From contig CBDCNP010000002.1 in assembly GCA_965219415.1 (NCBI GenBank), positions 1,760,001 through 1,824,000 of the forward strand: a stretch of 64,000 nt of DNA, given 5' to 3'. Position 1 is the stretch's first letter, and the number at the start of each line of letters is the position of its first letter. The translations under genes and the position numbers were made by a program. Source of the stretch: Candidatus Marinacidobacterales bacterium. GTDB taxonomy: Bacteria > Acidobacteriota > Vicinamibacteria > Marinacidobacterales > DATDRI01. Below, piece after piece: positions 50,615 through 61,382 of this stretch. A model generated the notes under the pieces. It saw only the letters and a program-made list of their open reading frames with translations, was not told where the DNA came from and ran no database searches.

Positions 50615-52957
50615 ATGAGATCAATCGGGCTTATGACGGTGTTACTGTCCATGGCTTTTTTCACCTGCCAAGCGCAGTCGCAGTCCGAGTCGGAGCCGCC
50701 CGGGCTACACGGAGCCGACGGGCCGACCAATCGCCTCGCCAACGAGTCCAGCCCCTACCTCTTGCTCCATGCACACAACCCGGTCGATTGGTATCCGTGG
50801 GGGGACGAAGCCATCGAAGAGGCGCGAAAAGAAGACAAACCGATCTTCCTGTCCGTCGGCTATTCCACCTGCTATTGGTGCCACGTGATGGAGCGCGAGG
50901 TATTCTCGAACCCCCAGATCGCCAAGCTGATGAATCAATGGTTCATCAACATCAAAGTAGACCGAGAGGAACGGCCCGATCTCGACGAGATCTATATGAT
51001 CGCCACGCAGTTGATTCGGCAAAGTGGCGGCTGGCCCAACTCGGTCTTCCTTACGCCGAAGCTCGAGCCGTTTTTCGCCGGGACCTATTTTCCGCCTGAC
51101 GATAGGGGTGGCCGAATGGGGTTTCCCACCGTACTCACCAATATCCATGAGGCCTGGACCACCAAGCGCGAAGATATCGAGATGTCCGCCGACCGGTTGT
51201 CTGACGCGATGCGGTCGATCGTCGCCCAAAAGCGAAGACCGGCGGACGAAGTCCCCTCTGCGGATAGCGTGGGCGCTGCCGTCGCAAACCTGAGGAAGCG
51301 CTTCGACGAAACGAACGGCGGTTTCGGCGGAGCACCCAAATTCCCGTCCCCTGCCAACCTTTTCTTGTTGTGGGACCATGCAGAACAAGGAGACATCGAG
51401 GCCCGCCGGATGGTGGTCGAGACGCTCTACAAAATGGGGCAAAGTGCCATCTACGATCAAATCGACGGAGGCTTCCACCGCTACACCCTGGACGCCGAGT
51501 GGCGCATTCCACACTTCGAGAAGATGCTCTATGACAACGCGCACCTCGCCGAGCTTCTGGCGATGACCGCCGATGCAACCGGAGATCCAGAGCTCGACCG
51601 TCTCGCCAGAGGCACGTTGGACTTCGTATTAGATGAGATGAGACTCGACGGAGGCGGCTTCAAGTCGGCAATTGACGCCGAAACCGATGGGGAGGAAGGC
51701 GCCTACTACGTCTGGACCGGGACCGAACTCCGCGACGCACTGGGTGCGGACGGCTACGATCTGCTCGGACCCTTATTCGGTTTCGATGGCCCCCCCAACT
51801 TCGAGGGCAAAAAATACACGCTCTACCTTGCCGATACGCTCGACGCACACGCGAAACGCCTGGGCTGGAGCCGCTCGGAGCTACTCGAAAAAATTGCACC
51901 TAAGGTGGATCGGCTACGCGTTTCGCGGAAACAGCGAGATTTCCCGCTCGTGGACGACAAGGTCTTGACGGACTGGAACGGCATGATGATCGCTGCGATG
52001 GCCCGGGCCGGGATTTTGCTGGACGAACCACGGTACCTCGAGGCGGCTGAGAAAGCGGCGACTTTCATTCTTGGAAACCTCAAGGATGACGACGGAACAC
52101 TACTTCACGCCTGGCGCGGAGGTGAAGCCAAGATACTTGCCTTTCTAGACGACTACGCCTTCCTCATGAAGGGTCTGATCGCGCTCTACGAAGCGACCCT
52201 GGATAGACGGTGGCTCGAGGCCGCGGAGCACACCGCAGAAGAAATGGAGCGGCGCCTCCGCGATTCGAGTGGTGGCTATTATTTGAGCGAGGAGAAACCT
52301 CACTTGCTCTTCCAGCCCAAGACGATTTTCGACGGTGCCATACCCTCCGGAAACGGTGTTGCAACCCTGACGCTCCTCGCCCTTGCCGAGCACACTGGAA
52401 AAGCGCGGTACCGACAAAGAGCCGAGTCGGCGATGAAGGCTTTCGCCGCGGAACTCGACCAACGACCGGGGAGCCTTCGTACGCTGGCCCAGGCCGTGGG
52501 TCGATACCATCGCGGCTCGGCGCCATCGAAAGTCTTGGCCAGCAAGGAGCCCCCACCGTCGAGACCGACAGACGAATCCATCGGCAAGTTGGCCGAAAAG
52601 CTCGTGACGACTGACATCATCGTGAGCAACGAATCCACTACCGACGCTCCCGGGCGGCCCTTCGAGCTCCGCCTCACCATCCGCGAGGGCTGGCACATCA
52701 ACGCGAATCCACCCTCATTCAAGTACCTCATTGCCACCGAGGTCCAAGGCAACGTAAGGAACATTCGATACCCAGAGGGCGAGATTTTCGAATTTTCTTT
52801 CTCTGATGCGGCGCTTTCGGTGTACCACGGCTCGCTCTCAATCCACGGTGAGGTCGACCCGGGCGAGTCCGACCTTCGGCTCGTCTACCAAGCCTGTGAC
52901 GACACTCGGTGCCTGGCTCCAGTGGAGAAAACGATTCCTCTCTTCCAGCGCAGATAG
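50615..52957 (+). CDS. SPATA20/YyaL-like thioredoxin-domain protein (DUF255) with signal peptide and C-terminal DsbD-N-like domain
   Basis: [57 protein letters not shown]; GWHINAN...YQACDD..C. Confidence 0.9.
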   Translation: MRSIGLMTVLLSMAFFTCQAQSQSESEPPGLHGADGPTNRLANESSPYLLLHAHNPVDWYPWGDEAIEEARKEDKPIFLSVGYSTCYWCHVMEREVFSNPQIAKLMNQWFINIKVDREERPDLDEIYMIATQLIRQSGGWPNSVFLTPKLEPFFAGTYFPPDDRGGRMGFPTVLTNIHEAWTTKREDIEMSADRLSDAMRSIVAQKRRPADEVPSADSVGAAVANLRKRFDETNGGFGGAPKFPSPANLFLLWDHAEQGDIEARRMVVETLYKMGQSAIYDQIDGGFHRYTLDAEWRIPHFEKMLYDNAHLAELLAMTADATGDPELDRLARGTLDFVLDEMRLDGGGFKSAIDAETDGEEGAYYVWTGTELRDALGADGYDLLGPLFGFDGPPNFEGKKYTLYLADTLDAHAKRLGWSRSELLEKIAPKVDRLRVSRKQRDFPLVDDKVLTDWNGMMIAAMARAGILLDEPRYLEAAEKAATFILGNLKDDDGTLLHAWRGGEAKILAFLDDYAFLMKGLIALYEATLDRRWLEAAEHTAEEMERRLRDSSGGYYLSEEKPHLLFQPKTIFDGAIPSGNGVATLTLLALAEHTGKARYRQRAESAMKAFAAELDQRPGSLRTLAQAVGRYHRGSAPSKVLASKEPPPSRPTDESIGKLAEKLVTTDIIVSNESTTDAPGRPFELRLTIREGWHINANPPSFKYLIATEVQGNVRNIRYPEGEIFEFSFSDAALSVYHGSLSIHGEVDPGESDLRLVYQACDDTRCLAPVEKTIPLFQRR

Positions 52958-52982
52958 GAACTTTTTCCACTCGATTCCGTCT
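52957..52982 (+). promoter_or_regulatory. Possible ECF promoter
   Basis: GGAAC-N16-CGTCT upstream of the 53037 ORF. Confidence 0.4.
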
Positions 52983-53036
52983 CCTTAAAAGGGTAGGTGT
53001 GGCCTGCGTGCTAACCTCGGAGGACTAGGAGGAACC

Positions 53037-53885
53037 ATGAAACAGGCGGCGGTGGGCGGCGGCTTCCCCACCATGCGTCTCGTCCTCGTCCCCGCGCTCA
53101 TCAGCCTGGTCGTCACTCTCTGGCGATTGACCGGCGAACTTCTCAGCTGGTCGACCGTGTTCTTCAATCCGGAGGCAGGCGGGGTCGGGGCGGTCATCGG
53201 TATCACCTGGCTGGCACCGATCTTCGGGATCTATTTCGCCTTGCATCTCGCCAAAAATGGCGACGCCCCTTCGGGCTGGGGGAAGGCGATTGGCTTCGCG
53301 GTGCTGGGTTGCCTCCTTCTGGTGGCGGGTGGTCCGGTTCAGGCGTTTCTCGTTCAGAAAAACTTCTTCGGTGGCCTGCTGTTCATCTGGTTGCTGGCCG
53401 CGATGACCTCGGGCCTCCAATATTTCGGCTGGCCACAGCTCTTCAGAACCCTCCTAGCCTACGGATTGGGTGCACGACTTCCGGTGGTCCTCATCATGGC
53501 GCTGGCCATGCACGGAACGTGGGGTACTCATTACAACGCTATCCCCCCCGGATTTCCGGAGCTAGGCGGGTGGGCGAGCTTCTTGTGGTTGGGTCTTCTT
53601 CCTCAACTCCTGTTCTGGGTGGGATTTACGATCGTGTTTGGGGCTTTCTTCGGAATTCCGGTAGCTAGCTTGGTGGGCCGAAGGAAACCGACCATAGAAG
53701 CAGCCCCCATCCTAGAACCTTCTGGCCAGTACTCGCGCCCAAGCGAGTGTCCCTTCGGAAGCCGGCGGCGAGAATACCTTATTGGTAGGAGCGTCCTACC
53801 CAAGCCCGGCTCGGACAACCAGCTGATTTGGATTCCCTTCGGCCTGGCTCGATCTAAACAAGGCGCTTGTCACAACCGAAGGTAG
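53037..53885 (+). CDS. Hypothetical integral membrane protein (C-terminal tail doubtful)
   Basis: GGAGG RBS; about 6 hydrophobic segments; WGTHY loop. Confidence 0.7.
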   Translation: MKQAAVGGGFPTMRLVLVPALISLVVTLWRLTGELLSWSTVFFNPEAGGVGAVIGITWLAPIFGIYFALHLAKNGDAPSGWGKAIGFAVLGCLLLVAGGPVQAFLVQKNFFGGLLFIWLLAAMTSGLQYFGWPQLFRTLLAYGLGARLPVVLIMALAMHGTWGTHYNAIPPGFPELGGWASFLWLGLLPQLLFWVGFTIVFGAFFGIPVASLVGRRKPTIEAAPILEPSGQYSRPSECPFGSRRREYLIGRSVLPKPGSDNQLIWIPFGLARSKQGACHNRR

Positions 53886-53908
53886 TCAAGGGCCCTCGGG
53901 AAAAACCT

Positions 53909-53935
53909 TGAACCTTGCCCGGCTCATCTCCGTAT
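53909..53935 (+). promoter_or_regulatory. Possible SigW-like ECF promoter
   Basis: TGAACC-N16-CGTAT. Confidence 0.45.
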
Positions 53936-53981
53936 ATGGGCATGAGAGACGCCGGAATCGCCGGCGCGTGGAGGAATCCAA

Positions 53982-54554
53982 ATGAAACGAACCCCTTATG
54001 GTATCGCCCTTCTGGCCGCCCTTCTGTTGGTCCCGAGCGCCACAGCGAACGCGCAGGAACCGAGCGAGGAAAAGTCCACCTGGATTCACATACAAGTGAA
54101 CGGCGAGGGTGATGACGCCGAGAAAGTAAACATCAATCTACCCTTGTCTCTCGTGGAAGTCGCTATCGACGTCGCCCCCGACGAGGCGCTGGAAAAGGCC
54201 CAGGTCCACTTCGATCACCACGGCCTTTCCATTGGCGATCTAAGACGACTCTGGCAAGAGTTTCGAGCCGTGGGCGATGGAGAGTTCGTTGCGGTGGAGA
54301 AACAAGGTGAACGCGTCCACATTTTGCGCCGGGGCGAGCACATCATCATCGAGGTCGAACAGACGGACGAAACGGGTAGAGAAGAAGTACATGTCGAGGT
54401 ACCCGTTGCGGTGGTGGATGCCCTGCTTTCCGGCGATGGAGAGCAGTTGAACCTCCGCGAAGCGGTCGCTCAGCTCAAGGATCAACGCGGCGATATCGTG
54501 CGAGTGGACGACGGCAAGAGTCACGTTCGTATTTGGGTCGACGAAGGGAGATAA
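53982..54554 (+). CDS. Hypothetical secreted protein
   Basis: GGAGG RBS, signal peptide (ANA-Q), internal repeat V.INLPL / V.VEVPV, C-terminal VRIWVD. Confidence 0.78.
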   Translation: MKRTPYGIALLAALLLVPSATANAQEPSEEKSTWIHIQVNGEGDDAEKVNINLPLSLVEVAIDVAPDEALEKAQVHFDHHGLSIGDLRRLWQEFRAVGDGEFVAVEKQGERVHILRRGEHIIIEVEQTDETGREEVHVEVPVAVVDALLSGDGEQLNLREAVAQLKDQRGDIVRVDDGKSHVRIWVDEGR

Positions 54555-54556
54555 GA

Positions 54557-55057
54557 ATGTTCAAAGTCGCCGCCGTCTTACCCCTGGCCTTCGTCGCTAT
54601 CGTAGCGAGCGCGAACTACGTGGTTGTGGACGTCACGACCGATGGGAACCATTTCGTAATTCCGGTACCCCTGGTCGTCGCGAGAGCGGCGGTAGCCTTG
54701 GCTCCTGAAGAGATCACTCGCATCCCCTGCCCCGAGTTCGCAGAGTATCAGGAAGTCGCGGAAAGGGTTCTAGAGGAGCTCATCATCGCACCCGATGGAG
54801 ACTTCGTTAGCGTGCAGAACGGTGACGAGACGGTCCTCATCTCGAAGTTTGGAGGTGATCTGGAGGTGACCGTCCACAGCCAGCACGAAGACGTCTCCGT
54901 CGTCGTACCGCTCGAAGCCGTGGAGGAGTTAATTAGCCACTACGACGGCGAAGCCTTCGACGCGTCCGACGTCGTAAGGGCGCTGGGGGAGATCTCCAAC
55001 TCGGACCTGGTTCACATCCGCACCCCCGATGAGGAAATCAAGGTCTGGATCTGGTAA
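54557..55057 (+). CDS. Hypothetical exported protein, apparent paralogue of the upstream ORF
   Basis: IPVPL / VVVPL repeats, C-terminal IKVWIW; 2 bp after the upstream stop. Confidence 0.75.
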   Translation: MFKVAAVLPLAFVAIVASANYVVVDVTTDGNHFVIPVPLVVARAAVALAPEEITRIPCPEFAEYQEVAERVLEELIIAPDGDFVSVQNGDETVLISKFGGDLEVTVHSQHEDVSVVVPLEAVEELISHYDGEAFDASDVVRALGEISNSDLVHIRTPDEEIKVWIW

Positions 55058-55301
55058 CTGGCGCCTGGCCACTTTGCCCACACGCACCGTCCTGGTTTGG
55101 CGCCAAGAATGATCTCACCGGCGCCCCTCCAACCCCAGATCTCGGAACTGACCTCCAGGCCGCGAGTCTACGCGGTTGCCACAACTTGACCCAGCCAGGC
55201 GGCTCTCAGATCCTGCCGCACGCAAAATACGCGGTGCCCAACCGGAGGCGGCCAGGCACCCATAGCACACCGGGCTCGATTTCGTTACACTCAGGCCTTC
55301 T

Positions 55302-55673
55302 ATGGAGGCCAACTACGTTCCGGGGCGACGCAACATCGGCCGTAGCGAAGTGCGCCGGCGTTGGCGATTCGGCGCCATTGGCCTGGGCGTAAGCCTTCTC
55401 ATCTTGCTCGCCCTCGGGTGGACGGAGGCTCCTCGACTCGCCCGTCTCGTCCTTGCCGTTCCGCTGTTGGTCGCTTTCTTGGGGTTGGTTCAGGCTTCGA
55501 GCGAGACTTGAGTGGTAATGGGGATGCGGGGCTCGCATCGAATGAACGAGGAAACTGGTCGCGCGAACACCCGCCAGGAACGGGAAAAAGACCGTCAGCG
55601 GTGTCTTGGCCTGTGGGCGCTGGTGGGCCTCTTGACCATCACCGGCGCCGGCGTGGCCTTACTCATCCCCTAA
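55302..55673 (+). CDS. Small membrane protein with in-frame TGA (55509-55511); candidate selenoprotein
   Basis: NIG..E.RRR + 2 TM + QASSET*VV; frame stays open to a third TM and TAA at 55671; hairpin 11 nt after the TGA. Confidence 0.6.
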
Positions 55674-55930
55674 TCGAAATGGCTGGACGATAATGGATCT
55701 GAACAAAATCTACTGCCTCAAAGATCGCGTAGCCTCACGCAAGATTGTGGACGAAGTGATTCTCGTGCCTCTCCGAGATAGCGTCGCCGAGATGGAGAAC
55801 CTCTATTCATTGAACGAAGTGGCTGCTCGAGTCTACGAGCTTGTCGATGGAAAGCGCGCCGTCCGGGACATCTGCTCGGTCATCGTCGAAGAATTCGATG
55901 TGAGCCCAGAGCAGGCCGAGGCCGACGTGT

Positions 55931-57302
55931 GAGCTCTTGTCAATAGGTGTGTAAAAAAGTTCAGGCAGCAGCAACCTTCGACGACTCCGTTACCCTGTCT
56001 CCATCTTCAAATCGAACGCCCAGGTGAACCTCTCGCATCAGCTCCGGTGCGTTGAGCCGGCGAAAATTCTTCTCCGCAACCAGAAGCAGTTTGAAGATTG
56101 TCGCAGTGGCGGACTCGATTTTCTTGAACCTTTTGGCCGCATCCGTTCTCAATCTCAGTGCAGCGAACGGTGACTCCACGACGTTGCTCGTGCGAAGGTG
56201 TTGCCAGTGAGGCTTGGGAAAGGAATAGAAGCTGACCATCCGCTCCCAGTCCTCGTCGAGCACGTGCGCGGCCCCCGGAAGACCCTTGCGCAAGCACCAA
56301 TCCTGGAACTTGGCCTTCTTCGTCTCGCACTCCTGCAGGCTGGTGGGGTAGGGGGTCGCCGTCAACAGCGGCTTGGCCTGCGCCTGGTCCCTTTTCGGAA
56401 TCCGGTCCAGTACGTTGAGGATTCGGTGGTTCCAGCACCGCTGCTCCTCAGCTTCTGGAAATACGTTTCGGGTCGCGGCACAGATGCCGAGATGACCGTC
56501 ACCGATCACCAAACGGGGACATCTCAGACCGCGCTTCTTCAGTCTCCGTAGCAGCGACGACCATGACGCTTCGGATTCTCGATGCCCGGCCTCCAGCGTC
56601 AGGACGATTTTCGTCCCGTCGGACAGGCCACCAACCGCAACTAGCACCGCCGCCTTGTCCTTCTCAAGGCCGGCCTTCACGTACACGCCATCTACCCACA
56701 GGGACACGAGCTCGAGTTCGTCCAGTGGGCGAGCTAGCCACTGCTCGTACTCTCCCTGCCATTTCTGTTTCAGCCGCGACACCGTGCTGGGAGAAAGTGG
56801 AGCGTCCTCCCCTAGAAGCCCGCGGAGCGCCAAATCGAAATCTCCGTGAGCTAGTCCATGCAGGTACAGCTCCGGAATCAACTCGCTCACCGTTTCGCTC
56901 CGACGCTTGAACAGCGGAAGCACTCGACTTTCGAACCTCTCCTCCACGTCCCCTACTCTCGGCCGGCGAACCGTCACCGTGCCCACGCTCATCGTCAGCT
57001 TCCGAGGCTTACCGTATCCATTTCGATAGCCCGCCGTTGTGTCCACGGGCTTCCGTCTCTCCGATTTCTCACGCCCGAGAAGCTCCGTGACTTCGGCTAC
57101 CATCAGCTCCTGCACCCAATCCTGGATCTCGAGCCTCGCCCACTTCTCCAGCGACTCCCAAGCCACCCTTGACGAGCTCCGTCGTCTTGTGGTCTTTTCC
57201 TTCATGGCGGTGTCTCCTTCCGTTGGCCCCTTCACGCCGTGTTTCGTGACGCGGAAGGTTACTCCGCCTTTACTTTATTTCCACACCTTCTGAGGGTAGC
57301 TC
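55931..57302 (-). mobile_element. IS256-family insertion sequence, apparently intact
   Basis: 8-bp TSD CGACGTGT at 55923-55930 and 57303-57310; GAGCT-terminated imperfect IRs. Confidence 0.93.
55961..57205 (-). CDS. IS256 transposase
   Basis: YRNGY, RPRV, LWVDGVY, IGDGHLG, QRCWNH, RTSNVVESPF. Confidence 0.94.
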   Translation of the reverse strand: MKEKTTRRRSSSRVAWESLEKWARLEIQDWVQELMVAEVTELLGREKSERRKPVDTTAGYRNGYGKPRKLTMSVGTVTVRRPRVGDVEERFESRVLPLFKRRSETVSELIPELYLHGLAHGDFDLALRGLLGEDAPLSPSTVSRLKQKWQGEYEQWLARPLDELELVSLWVDGVYVKAGLEKDKAAVLVAVGGLSDGTKIVLTLEAGHRESEASWSSLLRRLKKRGLRCPRLVIGDGHLGICAATRNVFPEAEEQRCWNHRILNVLDRIPKRDQAQAKPLLTATPYPTSLQECETKKAKFQDWCLRKGLPGAAHVLDEDWERMVSFYSFPKPHWQHLRTSNVVESPFAALRLRTDAAKRFKKIESATATIFKLLLVAEKNFRRLNAPELMREVHLGVRFEDGDRVTESSKVAAA

Positions 57303-57548
57303 CGACGTGTCACAATTCGTCGAACAGCTCGAGAGCATCCATGCGATCGAAGTGTGTCCTGAGGCCTAGCTCCTCGAAGCCTCCCCCTCCCCCGCAAGGC
57401 CCTATCTGCGAAGGAGTTGGGTTGACAAAATCCTCCCGCCCTCCCCACAATAAGTTGACTCACTCTTCACCCTAAACTTCACAGGCAGAAACCGCCATCG
57501 CTTAGAGCCTTGGTCAGCGTGACAGATCTGCGTCCGATTTGAGCAACG

Positions 57549-58787
57549 ATGCACCCCTCCGATAGCCACATCGACGCCGCCAACGAAAAGTTGGTCTACT
57601 GGCTGAGTTTCGCACTGCGTTGTGTACTGGGGCTCCTCGCCTGGTGGGCATCCTGGTACACGGATTTTTCCCTAGTCGAAGACGCCGTGACGTACGAGAC
57701 CATGGGAAGGAGGATCGTGCTCGAATGGATGGCCAACGGCACATCCCCAACGCTGCAGAGCATGATGGTGAGTGGTCGTAACGCATGGGGCATGATCTTC
57801 GTCTTGGCTTCATTCTCCTTTGTTCTCCGGGGAGCGCGCGCCCTACCGCTGATCATTGTGCTCTTCAACCTCATCACCGCCTGGACGCTGGTCTTCATCT
57901 ACCGAACCTCCCGCCACCTGGGCCTATCCGATGTCGGCGCCCCTTACGCAGCGCGACTGGTAATCTTTTCTCCAGTCTTCGCTTTCTGGGGGGAGCCCTT
58001 TACAAGGAAGGGCTGGTTCTCTTCGCGCTGAGCCTGATTGCGTATCACGTCCTCGTCCTCCAGCTGGGGTTCCGCCCGAGGTCGGTCCTCATGGTGGTTT
58101 TTGGAATCGCCGCGCTTTCGTCGCTGCGATTCTATTTGGCCATCATACTGTTACCTAGCATCGTCCTCGGCGTACTTCTAGGGGCGTCGCTGGGGAGCCG
58201 GTGACGCTTTGACCGAGGAGACCCCGGCCTCGACCGTCATCCGACGGATGGTCGTACTGGGCGGCTTGATCGTGCTTCTAGTCGTCTCGGGTTCTAGCTC
58301 GGGGATCCTGAAAATCTTGCCGGAGAACACCAGGGAGTTCTTGGGACAAGTCCAAGCCTCACGAGATGATCTTGCATCAGCTTCTTCCGGCTACCTTCGT
58401 GGGACCGACGTATCCACTCCTCTTGCGGCCCTCAAATTCTTACCCCTCGGCGTTTTCTATTTCCTGACCGTACCTCTGCCGTGGCAACTCGGCTCGGCAC
58501 GGCAGAGCCTGGTTATTCCAGAGATGATCTATTGGCTCCTTCAGTATCCCCGCATCTTCCGCGGTATGAAATTGGGCCTCCGTAAGAATCTCGGTGGTAG
58601 CTTGGTATTGATCTCGATTACGCTAGAAATGATTGTCCTCTACGGACTGTTCGTCAGCAATGTCGGCACAGCTTACCGACTACGGGCGCAAGTGTGGCTG
58701 TTCTGGGCGGTATTCGCTGGGTGGAAAAAGGAACAAGAGCTGCTTCCGATCGAGGAAGAATCCGGCGGAACTTCGATTTCGAGCTAG
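57549..58787 (+). pseudogene. Multi-TM polysaccharide polymerase/GT-C-like membrane protein, fragmented in three frames
   Basis: EDAVTYE, LYKEG, LRFYL, PLPWQ, NVGTAYRLR motifs across consecutive ORFs; next to a Wzc fragment. Confidence 0.55.
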
Positions 58788-59440
58788 TAGGTGTAGCGAC
58801 CGTAGTAGTGACCCGGCTGTGATTTGAGGTCAACGTCGTTGAGAACGACGCCGGTTACCTTTCCATTGACCTTTTCGATCAATTCCAAGGAGCTCTTTAG
58901 CTCGTTGCGAGTGCTCCGGCCGCTCCTGGTGACCAGCAACACGGCGTCACAACGCCCGCACAAGAAATGCGTGTCAAAGACGGATAGCAGGGGTGCCGAG
59001 TCCACGACCACGAAGTCGAAGTGGGAGGCACACGTTTCCAATGCCTGCTCCATGGCTTGGGAAGCCAGCAACTCTCCAGGCGTCGGGCTCTTAGGACCGG
59101 CCATCAGCAAGAATAGGTTCGGGGTCTCGGTCCGCACAACGCACCCGTCGTTTAGCTGCCTCTGACCGGTAAGTACATTGGTCAAACCGGTTCGATTGCG
59201 ATAGCTGAATACCCGGTGTAGTCGAGGGTTCCTAAGGTCCGAGTCTACCAGCAGGACTTTCTTGTTGAGTTGGATGAGCGCAAGTCCCAGGTTACAGGAC
59301 ACGAAACTCTTTTCCGGCACCCTTCTCGGCGCTCGTGACCAATATTGTCTGCGGTACGTGGCCCGGCGTGCTCAAGAGTAGGGAGCCGCGGAGAAACTTG
59401 AGCCGTTCGTTGAGCACCTCTCGGCTTTCCTGAAGGTGCT
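58784..59440 (-). pseudogene. CpsD/CapB (Wzc-type) BY-kinase C-terminal fragment truncated by IS3
   Basis: ILVTS...GK (frameshift ~59312), VLLVDSDLRNP, VVVDSAP, GVVLN, Tyr-rich tail. Confidence 0.87.
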
Positions 59441-60697
59441 TGGGCTTGATCCGGTTTCGTAGACGGTTTAGTTAAGCTGGCGAAGTCCTCATCCGTCGTT
59501 CAAACTCGGCCGGACTGACCTGGCCGAGGGTCGAGTGTCGTCGTCTCTGGTTGTAGAATACCTCGATGAAGTCGAAGAGGGCCATCTTGGCCTCGCCGCA
59601 ACTGAGGAAATGCTCCCCAAGCTCGTGCTTGACCGTGGAGAACCAGCTCTCGATGACGGCGTTGTCGTAGCAGTTGCCCCGTCGGCTCATGCTCCCGGTC
59701 ATGCCATGCGTCTCAAGGAGACGTTGGTAGTCTTTGCTGGCATACGGACTGCCCTGATCGGAGTGATGCAAGAGCCCCGCGGCCGGTTGGCGACGTTTCA
59801 GTGCCATCCGCAACGCCTTGATAACCAGGTGACGGTCGTTAATAGCACTTACGGCCCACCCAACGAGGAATCGCGAGTAGAGGTCGAGGAGCGCCGCGAG
59901 ATAAAGCTTCCCGCCGCTGCCGATCACGAACTCGGTCGTGTCCCCGACCCACCGTTGGTTCGGCGCATCGGCGACGAAGTCTTGCCCGAGCACATTGGCC
60001 GCGACGGGCTGGCCATGACCGCTTACCGTCGTGCGCTTGAAGCGTTTGCGTACTCGAGCAATGAGGCCTTCTGCCTGTTTCAACCGAATCACCCGCTTCC
60101 GACTCACTCGATACCCCTGCTCGTGCAGGTCGTGATAAATCCGCGGACTCCCATAGGTGCGGCGACTCGCCTCATGGGAGGCACGAATCAACACGCGCAA
60201 CTGGCGGTCCCGGCGCGCGTGGGCCGACGGCGGCCGACGTACCCAGGCATAAAAGCCACTCCGAGAGACGTTGAGAATCTGACACAGGTGAACGACCGGT
60301 ACGGTGGCCTTCTCCGCCTGGATGAACGCGAATCTTACTCGCTCTCCTTCGCGAAGAAGGCCGCGGCTTTTTTTAAAACGTCGCGCTCCACCCGCAACCG
60401 CCGATTCTCTTTGCGGAGCCGCCGAAGCTCCTCGCGTTCCACGCCCGTCAAGCCCGTCCGGCCCTTCGTCCGATCGGCCCGGGCCTGACGGACCCAGTTG
60501 CGAAACGCCGATTCGGTGAGGTCAAGCTCCCGGGCCACCCGACCCACGCTCTGGCCTTCATCAAGCACCAGCCGGACCGCGCCTGCCTTAAACTCGTCAT
60601 CAAACTCCCGGCGGGGTCGCCGGGGCTGCGTTGTCTTTGCCATTGTGGACATCGTATCCGCCTTTCAGAAAGTGTCCACGAAACTGGATCAAGCCCA
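59441..60697 (-). mobile_element. IS3-family insertion sequence
   Basis: TG...CA IRs TGGGCTTGATCCGGTTTCGTAGAC / GTCCACGAAACTGGATCAAGCCCA; no TSD. Confidence 0.93.
59472..60652 (-). CDS. IS3 transposase OrfA/OrfB joined by a probable -1 frameshift (A7G near 60367-60374)
   Basis: OrfA HTH EFKAGAVRLV...LKKAAAFFA; OrfB YGSPR, WVGDTT, HHSDQGS.Y, GNCYDNA..E. Confidence 0.9.
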
Positions 60698-61382
60698 CAT
60701 CCAGCATCAGTGCCGCAAGCTCGAACTCCTCTAGCCGCCGAGACAGGTATTCCTCGAGCTTCTTAGTCGTCTGGCTCACGAGGTGACGGCTGGCGGCACT
60801 CTTACTCGTGCCACGAGACTTCAACTTGGCCGCGGGTTTGTTCAGACTCGATTCGTAATTTCGGGTCGATACCCCCACCAAGATCTGATTCAACACTCGC
60901 TCTGGAAGCGGGTCTTCTTCGCGGAAGGCTTCGAAGTGTGGAAGCGACGCCTCCTCGCCCGACTTCGAGCGAACTCGAGGTCGCGACACTTGGATGCGAC
61001 GACCACCGAAGCTCAGCTCTCCGTTCGTGCTCCCCCAGTGGTTATGAGTTCGCTCCTTCTCGTGCTTGCCCTTGAGCCCCGCGATCTCCTCGGCGTCCTC
61101 TCTGAGCAGTAGGTGCAGAGCTGTCAGTCCTTGCTCGTACACCCATTCCGTCAGTTCCGCCTTCGTGGCCGCGATCCCAGCTATCATCGGTAGCAGTATC
61201 TGACCGACTTGGCCAACTACCTTGCCCGTAGGCGAGTGCGTTTGCTTTCTTACTGGCTTCTTTGATTTCCTAGGCATTGGTGGCTCTTTGTCCCCCTCTG
61301 GAGACGGTTGTTTGGCAGACCTATTCTTAGGCCGGCCAAGGAGCCGCCGCTACCCCAAATTCAACATCCGGCGGGACATCCC
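60698..61382 (-). mobile_element. Left part of a third IS256-family element (transposase N-terminus 60698-61277), cut by IS3
   Basis: WG...G.L.FGG, RPRVR, GVSTRNY, SKSAASR, LMLD abruptly joined to the IS3 IR; probable IR near 61350-61382. Confidence 0.78.

Larger units (their letters stand above)
55693..57369 (+). pseudogene. PqqD/RRE family protein interrupted by IS256
   Basis: LYSLNEVAARVYELVDG...EEFDV..EQAEADV continues after the TSD as SQFVEQLESIHAIEVCPEA*. Confidence 0.85.

Noticed and set aside
59535-60488. 317-aa antisense ORF in IS3 and other long antisense ORFs
   Set aside because: Opposite well-supported genes; expected in high-GC DNA; no motifs
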